Positions 24,141 through 32,000 of a stretch of DNA of 32,000 bases are shown one piece after another (the first letter of the stretch is position 1; every line of letters begins with the position of its first letter). Origin of the DNA: Trichodesmium erythraeum IMS101 (GTDB lineage: Bacteria; Cyanobacteriota; Cyanobacteriia; Cyanobacteriales; Microcoleaceae). The DNA lies in contig NC_008312.1 of the NCBI RefSeq assembly GCF_000014265.1, positions 2,340,001 to 2,372,000 on the forward strand. The letters are read 5' to 3'. The translations under genes were made by a program, and so were the position numbers. Below the pieces are notes generated by a model. That model searched no databases and was not told where the DNA came from. It saw nothing but the letters and a program-made list of their open reading frames with translations.

Positions 24141-24598
24141 CAGTTATATAAAATCATAATTGATTAATAAAGGGTTAAATCAGATCTAGGTAGAATTAAA
24201 TTCTGAATTTAATTTTCAAGCCAGTTGCGCTTAGATTTGACCATTGCTAGTAGTAGCTTATGTATATTAACAGCAGTCAAGAATTTACTCCAATGCTATC
24301 TAAGTAATTTTAGTTATATTGCAATATATTTATGGTTAATCATAATTGCCAATGACAATCATACTGAGCTATACCTGCGCGTTGAGCCAGCATAATTTTT
24401 TTACTTATTTGACTGTAGTTCACCTTTAAATTTTAGTATCATAAAATATATAATTATATCATTATAATATATAATATCATATTTACTTAATGCTTAACAG
24501 TTAATATGTAACAGTTAATACTAGTCCTCTAGAGTTTCTGTAACTCCTGCCTCCTTCTTAAACTGACTTTCACTTTTTTTTTGCAAGAACAAATAAAT

Positions 24599-27500
24599 CT
24601 AATGTTGACTCATTTTTATACCTAAAACTTGGGTATAAGCACCTCTAGCTTGGGTCACGCCGATAGTACGCTCTGATAATTCCATCATTGGCCTTCGTAA
24701 ACTTACCACAATAAACTGAGCCCCTTCTGCCTGTTGTTTAATCATTTTAGCTAATCGCTCCACATTGGCCCCATCTAAAAACATATCCACTTCGTCAAAA
24801 GCATAAAAAGGAGATGGACGGTAGCGTTGTAGAGCAAAAATAAAGCTTAAAGCTGTTAAAGACTTCTCTCCTCCAGACATAGAGGCCAACCTTTGTACCG
24901 GCTTTCCTTTAGGGTGAGCGACTAAATTTAACCCACTGTTAAAAGGATCTTCTTGATTATCTAATTGAAGATAGCCGTCTCCTTCAGAAAGTGCAGCAAA
25001 AATTGTCTGAAAATTTTTATTTACAGCATTAAACGCTTCAAAAAATGAACGTTGTCTCATAGTAGTAAAGTTTTCTATTCTTAACAACAATGCTGTCCGC
25101 TCCTCCTCAAGAGTGCCTAACTTTTGACTTAATTCTTCTAGTCGTTTCTGAGTTTGCTCATATTCTTCAAGAGCCAACATATTTACAGGTTCTAGGGCTT
25201 GCAGTTGTTTCTGTAGCGATCGCACCTCCTTCTCCAACTCTGTCATTTTTATCTTTTCAGGCACTATTGGCAATGGATCAGGCAATTCTGCTTTCTGCTC
25301 TTCTAAGAGAATTTGCAAAGGGACCAACTGTTCCCGACGTCCCTGTTGAGATTCCTGTAATTTTTGTAGTTGCCATTCTAATCCTTGTTTTGCCAAATAT
25401 AACTCCCGCAAATTAGCTTCAGCTTCATCTCGTTTTTGTTTTTCTGTACCCAGCCTTTCTTCGACTTTGGCCATTCCTTCTCTCGTCTTGCCAACTTCCT
25501 CATCTACAACTAAGATTTGACTTTTTACTTCTTTTATGGTATTATAAGCATCTAATTCTTGTTCTTGATATTCTGAACAGCGACGGGAAATTGCCTCTAC
25601 CTTCTCCTGCAAAAGCCGTTGTTGATTTTCCAAATGCTGTAATTTTTGTTCAGCACTGCGCAAAGTAGCTTCCTGTTCTTGCAAAACTACCTCTTGAGAC
25701 CGAATCATAGTTTGGAGTTGTTGCCATTCACTATGAGTATGAGACTTTTCCAACTCAGCCAAAGTTTTCCTTAACTCAGTCAACTGGACTTCCTGAGCTG
25801 GAATTTCTTGGTCTAAGGACATCAACCTATTATGAGCATCAACTAGCTCCTGATTATTTTTCTCTAGTTGCCCTTGTCCTTGCTCTTGTTGTCTAATCAA
25901 TCTTTGCAGTTCAGCCTCAATTTGTGATACTTTTAGCTCAGTTTCCCTAAAATACTGCTTTCCTTCCATGAAAGCTTGCGATCGCTCTTTCACCTTTTCT
26001 TTTAACCCCTCTATCTCCACCAAACATCGCTCCAGAACTATATCTATTTCTTGCAAACGTTGACTATGACTTTCCATTTCCCCTATTTCTGTCAAGTCCC
26101 TACCATCAACCGTGCCAAAATGCAAGCTTCCCGAACGGCGCGACATACTTCCACCAGTCATCGCCCCACTACTTTCCAATATTTCCCCATCCAGAGTAAC
26201 TATCCGATATTTACCCAAATACTTGCGGGCATTCACCAAAATATCAAATACTAAAGTCGAACCAAACACATAAGCAAAAATATCTTGATAATGGGGGTCA
26301 CACTCAATCAAATTCACAGCATAATCTATAAACCCAGCTGCTCCCCAACCTAAACTACCATCCCGTTTCTGAGCAGGATATCTAATTTTATTCAAAGGCA
26401 AAAACGTCATCCGACCAGCTTTGTGTCGTTTCAAAAATTCAATCCCCAAAGCTGCCACTCCATCATTTTCGACCACCATATTTCCTAGACGGCCACCAGC
26501 AGCAATTTCTAAAGCCAGTTGATATTTTGGTTCAACCCTCCCTAACTGTGCCACCAGACCACAGATCCCAGAAATACCCGACTGTTGTAGCATCTTAGTA
26601 GCATAAGTACCAGTAGCCTCTTGAATTGCCTGTTGCTGGGCTTCTAACTTATCAAGTTTTCTTTGTCTGTCTCTTTGTTCTTGTAGTAGGCGAGTCTGAG
26701 TATCTTGCTGAACTTTTAAATCTTGTTCTACAGCCTCCAATTGTTTCGTTAAAGACTCTACTTGATACCTAGCTGTCTCTTTCGACTCTTTTACCTGTTC
26801 ATAGTGCTTACCATAACCTTCAATTTCTTCCCCTAAAACTCCTAGAGACTCTTGCTGTTCTTGAATTTGCTTTTCTAACTGATAAGCTCGTTCCCTAACT
26901 CTAGCTTGTTCAGTTCGTTGAGGGTTGAGAGTTTGTTGTAGACTTTCAATTTGATGATGAAGTTGACCCTGTTCCTTAACCCAAGCTTCAGCAGTATCAG
27001 CAATAGCACTAGCTGAACCTCGTTGTTGATTAAGAATTTCTTGGGCTTCATTACGACCAGCTTCTAAAAATGAAACATTTTGAGTTTGGACAACAATTTC
27101 AGTAGCTAATACTTCTAAATTTTGCTGGTGTTTATTTACTTCTTGCTCTAATTGACTCAAATTTTTTTGAGTCTGCTGAATAGTAGCTTCTAATTCTTTG
27201 TGCTTTTTTTGAAATTGACAGCGCTCCGCTTCTTGAGTCGCGAGGCTGGACTGTAAAGCTAAAAGTTGTTCTTCCCCCAAAGCTTTCACTTGGGCGTTAA
27301 GGTCATCTAGTTCAGTTTGAGCTTGTCTAACTTCAGTTTCTTTAGCTTGAATATTTTGGTTAAATTCAGTGACAGAGCGATCGCCTGACTCAATATTTTC
27401 CCTCAGTTTCCATTCCTGTTTTTGTAGATTTTGCCATCTGAGTATTGTTTGCCAGAGACTTTTCTCCTCAAGTTCCCCTCGTAGTTGTTGATATTTTTTA

Positions 27501-28258
27501 GCCTTTACACAATCTTGAGAAAGACGGCCACATTGTTTTTCCAGTTCTCTTTCTACAATACGACTTTTTTCCTCCTGCTCCTTAACTAAATCTAATTTTT
27601 CTTTTGCCAAAGAAATTTTTCTGTCAAACTGAGCCACACCTGCCAACTCATCAATAATCTCCCGACGTTCCCGAGACTTCATAGAAATAATACCAGTCAC
27701 ATCACCCTGGAGAACTACATTATATCCTTCAGCGTAAACCCGAAGTTGATTTAGTTGTTCATGGAGTTGGCTCAGAGTACATGGCTGACCATTCATATAG
27801 TAGGTAGAAGTATAAGTACCTTGCTTGGTAACCCGCAGGCGACGAGAAATGCTCCACTCTAATAATGAATCAAAAGAATTAGTTATCTCAAAAGGATCTT
27901 TAGTTTCCCGAGTCTTATATCCATTTTCTTCTACTTCCGGTACTTGTGGCTGTACTGAGCCCAGTTCATTCTGGCCATTCTTTTGACTTGAAAGGTCTTC
28001 TAAATCAAAGGTAACAGTCACAATAGTTTCAACAGTTTTACGTCCAGCTAATTTATTGTTAACCAGATCTGGAAGACGTTCAGCTCTCATGCCTTTGGAA
28101 GTTGATAAGCCCAGGCAAAATAGAAGTGCATCAAGAATATTGGATTTACCAGAACCATTTGGTCCAGAAACCACAGTAAACCCCGGCAGCAACGGAATTG
28201 TGGTTGTGCCACCGAAGGATTTAAAGTTGGTCAGTTCCAAGCATTTGATATGAACCAT
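24599..28258 (-). CDS. smc: chromosome segregation protein SMC
   Basis: 1219 aa. The N-terminal Walker A region is MVHIKCLELTNFKSFGG..VSGPNGSGKSNILDALLFCLG. Long coiled coils flank a hinge (GLVAQLGRVEPKYQLALEIAAGGRLGNMVVE). The C-terminal signature and Walker B region is LASMSGGEKSLTALSFIFALQRYRPSPFYAFDEVDMFLD. Confidence 0.97.
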   Translation of the reverse strand: MVHIKCLELTNFKSFGGTTTIPLLPGFTVVSGPNGSGKSNILDALLFCLGLSTSKGMRAERLPDLVNNKLAGRKTVETIVTVTFDLEDLSSQKNGQNELGSVQPQVPEVEENGYKTRETKDPFEITNSFDSLLEWSISRRLRVTKQGTYTSTYYMNGQPCTLSQLHEQLNQLRVYAEGYNVVLQGDVTGIISMKSRERREIIDELAGVAQFDRKISLAKEKLDLVKEQEEKSRIVERELEKQCGRLSQDCVKAKKYQQLRGELEEKSLWQTILRWQNLQKQEWKLRENIESGDRSVTEFNQNIQAKETEVRQAQTELDDLNAQVKALGEEQLLALQSSLATQEAERCQFQKKHKELEATIQQTQKNLSQLEQEVNKHQQNLEVLATEIVVQTQNVSFLEAGRNEAQEILNQQRGSASAIADTAEAWVKEQGQLHHQIESLQQTLNPQRTEQARVRERAYQLEKQIQEQQESLGVLGEEIEGYGKHYEQVKESKETARYQVESLTKQLEAVEQDLKVQQDTQTRLLQEQRDRQRKLDKLEAQQQAIQEATGTYATKMLQQSGISGICGLVAQLGRVEPKYQLALEIAAGGRLGNMVVENDGVAALGIEFLKRHKAGRMTFLPLNKIRYPAQKRDGSLGWGAAGFIDYAVNLIECDPHYQDIFAYVFGSTLVFDILVNARKYLGKYRIVTLDGEILESSGAMTGGSMSRRSGSLHFGTVDGRDLTEIGEMESHSQRLQEIDIVLERCLVEIEGLKEKVKERSQAFMEGKQYFRETELKVSQIEAELQRLIRQQEQGQGQLEKNNQELVDAHNRLMSLDQEIPAQEVQLTELRKTLAELEKSHTHSEWQQLQTMIRSQEVVLQEQEATLRSAEQKLQHLENQQRLLQEKVEAISRRCSEYQEQELDAYNTIKEVKSQILVVDEEVGKTREGMAKVEERLGTEKQKRDEAEANLRELYLAKQGLEWQLQKLQESQQGRREQLVPLQILLEEQKAELPDPLPIVPEKIKMTELEKEVRSLQKQLQALEPVNMLALEEYEQTQKRLEELSQKLGTLEEERTALLLRIENFTTMRQRSFFEAFNAVNKNFQTIFAALSEGDGYLQLDNQEDPFNSGLNLVAHPKGKPVQRLASMSGGEKSLTALSFIFALQRYRPSPFYAFDEVDMFLDGANVERLAKMIKQQAEGAQFIVVSLRRPMMELSERTIGVTQARGAYTQVLGIKMSQH

Positions 28259-29007
28259 GAAGGCCAGTTTTTCTACTGGATAGATTGATTTTTAATTAAT
28301 TATAGACAGGACTTGTGATTTATGGGTTTGTTTTTCTAAGATTTTGGTTGTTTCTAAAAGTTTAGGGCAAGTTTTTTTTGACTTATAGCTTTAGATAAAC
28401 ACAATATTTTTCAATTGCGTAGATAAAATTATTATTTTTCCTAAATTAGGGAGCGTGGTTACTTAGGATACCTAACTGCTCTTAATAATAAACTGAAAGT
28501 CAATGTTTATCACTACAGTGGAGATTCCCCCGTAACGGTGGCCAACTTTTAGTGAGGGAATGATTAGGATTCCAAAGGTTTGGAATTAAGTAGTCCAACA
28601 TAAGAGAAACTCCTCTGGCTCTGAGTCAGATTTCCGGCTTCATACTGTAGTCTCCAGGAATTTTATCTCCGATAAACTGTTTAATTACTATTACTTGAAA
28701 ACCATGAGATAGTATCTGAACCCTAGTTATCAAGTTATACTAAACATTCGAGAATCAGGAGAAGTAAGTATGAATTAAATTCAATTAATTTAAGAGGAAG
28801 GATAACAGACTATAATAATACCATCATGGATTGGATGAGCATACGAGCTTTGATATTTGTTTTTCTATTTCTGAAGCAGGAGTATTGATTAATTAGATAT
28901 TTTAATAGTCATAATTAATCAATTCCATCCACTTCAGGAATTATAAAGTCTCGATTAATTAAAGCTATTTATCTTTAAACTTTGGAATCATTTGCTATTA
29001 GTTAAAT

Positions 29008-29859
29008 TTAATTTTTTCTGTTATGTTTTCCTCGAAATAAATGATTATGTTCAGGATTATAAAGACCAGAGCGACCTACTTTTTCCAGCTTCTCCAAAGC
29101 AGGACTAATCACATAAAGTGTGGTTCTAACTAACTGTTTCTCTTCAGTCATAAGGGCCATTTTCTCCAAAGGCACAACCCAAATTTTCTCATCAGGCCAT
29201 CCCAACCTATAACATATCGCCACAGGTATGTCAGCCGAATAATGTTCCATCAACTTTTCTTGTGCTTCCCACACATATCGGGCACTCAAATATAAACATA
29301 AACTGGCTCCATGAGCTGCCAAACTACCCAATTCTTCCCTTGAAGGAACAGCAGTTGCTTTCCCACTAATTCTTGTTAAAATAATAGTCTGTACCAACCC
29401 AGGCACAGTCAACTCAACCTTTAACTTAGCTGCTGCATCCTGAAATGCACTAATTCCAGGCACAATCTCAAAATCAATTCCCGCTTCAGCCAAAAGTTGC
29501 ATTTGTTCATAAACCGCCCCATATAAACTAGGGTCTCCAGAATGAAGGCGCACCACAGAAAGACCTTTTCTGACTCGGTCAATCATTAAAGGTAAAATTT
29601 CTTCTAAAGTTTTATTAGCCGTTGTGATAATCTCAGCATCATGACGCACATTCCTTAACATTTGTTTGGGTACCAAAGAATCTGCATATAGAATTACATC
29701 TGCTGTAGTTAAGATTTTGTCAGCCTTCACCGTTAATAAGTCCGGAGCTCCAGGGCCTGCCCCTAAAATGTAAACTGCTGGTGTGAGACTTTTAGTATCG
29801 TTCATTAATTTTTCCGGATATGAGTCTTTATCTTCAGATAAATGGAATGGTAGATGCAC
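29008..29859 (-). CDS. cobM: precorrin-4 C(11)-methyltransferase (CobM/CbiF)
   Basis: VYILGAGPGAPDLLTVKA..ILYADSLV...VVRLHSGDPSLYGA..EQ...L...GI.FEIVPGISAF is classic for tetrapyrrole methylase CobM. The longest ORF starts at 29859, but the biologically likelier start is Met19 (MNDTKSL.., first base at 29805). Confidence 0.9.
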   Translation of the reverse strand: MHLPFHLSEDKDSYPEKLMNDTKSLTPAVYILGAGPGAPDLLTVKADKILTTADVILYADSLVPKQMLRNVRHDAEIITTANKTLEEILPLMIDRVRKGLSVVRLHSGDPSLYGAVYEQMQLLAEAGIDFEIVPGISAFQDAAAKLKVELTVPGLVQTIILTRISGKATAVPSREELGSLAAHGASLCLYLSARYVWEAQEKLMEHYSADIPVAICYRLGWPDEKIWVVPLEKMALMTEEKQLVRTTLYVISPALEKLEKVGRSGLYNPEHNHLFRGKHNRKN

Positions 29860-29869
29860 CCTGGTTTAG

Positions 29870-29905
29870 TCCTAGGCTTTATGTCTAGGACTTTTCTAAT
29901 TTTTC
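29870..29905 (+). terminator. intrinsic-terminator-like hairpin oriented opposite to the flanking genes
   Basis: GTCCTAG (29870-29876), loop gctttatgt, CTAGGAC (29886-29892), followed on the plus strand by TTTTCTAATTTTT. It lies between the lgt stop and the cobM start, both on the minus strand. Confidence 0.3.
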
Positions 29906-29917
29906 ACTTAGTTTAGT

Positions 29918-30784
29918 TCAGTTTGTTTCTTTAACTTCTGGGGGTAAAACATCTAGCAAAGGTCGTTTCAACAAATATAGCCACCCTAAACCTATTAATC
30001 CCAACAAAATACCAGCTAAACTGACAAACTGAGCAATGCGTAATGGTCCTAACATTAAACTATCAGTGCGCAATGCTTCAATCCAAATCCGTCCACTACT
30101 ATAAGCAACCATATAGACTAGAAATAAAGTCCCTGGTTTAAGTCGAGGTCTACCCCGCAAATCTCTAAAAAAAAGAAATATTAATAATCCAAATACTATC
30201 AAATTCCATAAAGACTCATATAAAAAAGTCGGATGGAAATAATCAAAACTTATTAAGTCTAACGGACGACGTTCTGGAGGAATATACAACTTCCAAGGTA
30301 AATCTGTGGGACTGCCAAAAGCCTCAGAATTGAAAAAATTACCCCACCGACCGATGACTTGTCCTAAAATTAAAGAAGGAGCTACTAAATCTGCTAATTG
30401 CCAGAAAGAAATTTTATTGAGTCTGGCAAAAATCAAAGCAGCGATCGCCCCACCAATAATTGCTCCATGAATTGCAATTCCTCCTTTCCAAATAGCAATC
30501 ATATCTATAGGATTTTGTTGATATTGTTCCCACTCAAAGAGAACATAGTACAAACGGGCTCCAGGAATTGCGGCTAATACTAACCAAATCACTAAATCAC
30601 CCAATAATTCTGGGTTAACATGACGAAGTTTAGCTAAGTATTGGGAAAGAGTGACTCCAATTAATAGTGCAGCTGCAATTAAAAGTCCATACCAGCGAAT
30701 TATCAAAGGTCCCAACTGAAAAATAATTGGACCTGGAGAAGTAAATTGAAAGCCTAAAGGCAATAAGGTAATCTCTACTGTCAT
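29918..30784 (-). CDS. lgt: prolipoprotein diacylglyceryl transferase
   Basis: 288 aa, polytopic. Hallmark blocks are [34 protein letters not shown] and [12 protein letters not shown]. Confidence 0.95.
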   Translation of the reverse strand: MTVEITLLPLGFQFTSPGPIIFQLGPLIIRWYGLLIAAALLIGVTLSQYLAKLRHVNPELLGDLVIWLVLAAIPGARLYYVLFEWEQYQQNPIDMIAIWKGGIAIHGAIIGGAIAALIFARLNKISFWQLADLVAPSLILGQVIGRWGNFFNSEAFGSPTDLPWKLYIPPERRPLDLISFDYFHPTFLYESLWNLIVFGLLIFLFFRDLRGRPRLKPGTLFLVYMVAYSSGRIWIEALRTDSLMLGPLRIAQFVSLAGILLGLIGLGWLYLLKRPLLDVLPPEVKETN

Positions 30785-32000
30785 TTCAGTTATCAGTTAT
30801 AAGTTATTAGTACCTCTCACTTTGGTTGAGGGCTTGAAATCATAAATTTCTTTTTATCCCCATGAAAGGGTAGGCTTAAAACCTTATTTATTGGTCATTA
30901 ATCTAGTATCAAAATTACTATGGATGTTCTTTACTATTTATAAGTATAAAAACTTTTATAAAACAGGTGACTATTATAATTTATTATGCTTGGGTATAAT
31001 ATCTAAAATCTAACTGAATTTCCTGTCCAATTTTATGATTATGTATTAACAGTGATATTAGTTGATCTTTCTAATAGACATCTCCAAAATCAAAATTAAC
31101 ATCAAATATAGTAGTCTATTATTCTTTATGCAGCCCCGATCTGAATCAAGTATTAGAATATATTAATAACCATCGAAAACGGACAAAGAGAGTTATTGGT
31201 GTCACTAACATACAGCTTTCAAAAATTAATATAAAATGCTCAGAATATTGTTGGAGAAAGAGAATCGGTCAAAGCCCTTTGTAAAAAAAAATATTAATTA
31301 AAGTAAAGGGTAGTAGAAACATGATTAATTCCTAGTAAGTAAATTAGATAAACTTTATATTATTTCTACTAGAAGCAGATATTTAAATTGATAGGAATAA
31401 ATTTTGGTGTCAGTGATTAATTGCCAACAATATATTTGAGAATAAGTTAAGTGGTTATTTTCCGGTAATTACTACCAGCAAGATTATTGGAGTGGGTAAA
31501 AAAAAAAGAATTATAGAGTTATAGGATAAAGAAATATTAAAATAGCTATAATTAACTTTATACAGTAAACCAGAAAGACATAAAAATACTTTTTAAATAG
31601 GAAACATAGGAAACATATTATTCAGGTAAATACAAAAAATATACATTTAATTTCACAAATAATTATCACAGATAGATGTGGATTAATAGTAGACTTAGTA
31701 GTCAGATAAGTTTGTCAATAAAGTCATAAATACTCATTCAATAAACAGCAAAAAAAATATGATAGGGAGTAAAAAAAATAAGAATATAAAGGATATTAAG
31801 GCAGGGATATATTTGATATATAAAAAAATAAAATCGAAAAATTAACTGTCAGGAAAGGAATAGAATAAGTTAAAATATTAAAAACAATAATATCTGTATA
31901 TTATTAATACCATTTATCATGTATTCATGGTGCCCGGGGAAGATTTTAAAAAATAACTGGATAGATTACAGAGGTTAGTAGAAAATAAAGTTAAGTCAAT

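Noticed and set aside
25090-28253. Plus-strand ORFs at 25090-25416, 26051-26254 and 28056-28253
   Set aside because: All are antisense to smc, whose identity is certain. They show no independent coding evidence.
28259-29007. A cobalamin riboswitch or other known ncRNA (6S, SRP, tmRNA) near cobM and smc
   Set aside because: I could not find a B12-box-like core or the conserved SRP or tmRNA motifs. This spacer also lies downstream, not upstream, of cobM. Only the dispersed hairpin element reported in the findings is visible.

Overview
AT-rich cyanobacterial chromosomal window. The evidence is HIP1 GCGATCGC palindromes throughout, heptamer STRR-type arrays and an intein-bearing SNF2 gene. This combination most resembles a Trichodesmium-like filamentous marine cyanobacterium, which is inference only. 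Both ends are housekeeping: pnp (partial, minus strand) on the left, and a PRC-barrel protein, smc, cobM and lgt (all minus strand) on the right. The centre (about 2.0-22.4 kb) is repeat-rich and looks accessory. In order it holds: (1) a decayed IS1-family-like transposase; (2) a 1531-aa SNF2 helicase split in its Walker A loop by a 469-aa LAGLIDADG intein; (3) a solo ABC/AAA_21-type ATPase; (4) a 3.5-kb array of about 15.5 near-identical 225-bp non-coding units; (5) a Uma2-family nuclease; (6) a 1779-aa membrane-anchored TPR-CHAT protease with 22 almost identical 46-aa repeats; (7) a translationally coupled 117-aa acidic protein; (8) a 461-aa protein with C-terminal TM helices; (9) a LOG/TIGR00725 protein. 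By my coordinates about 29% of the window has no credible CDS. The two things most worth follow-up are the 225-bp array, which may be a multi-copy sRNA or micropeptide locus, and the homogenised TPR-CHAT gene with its downstream partners. No tRNA, rRNA or CRISPR array was found.
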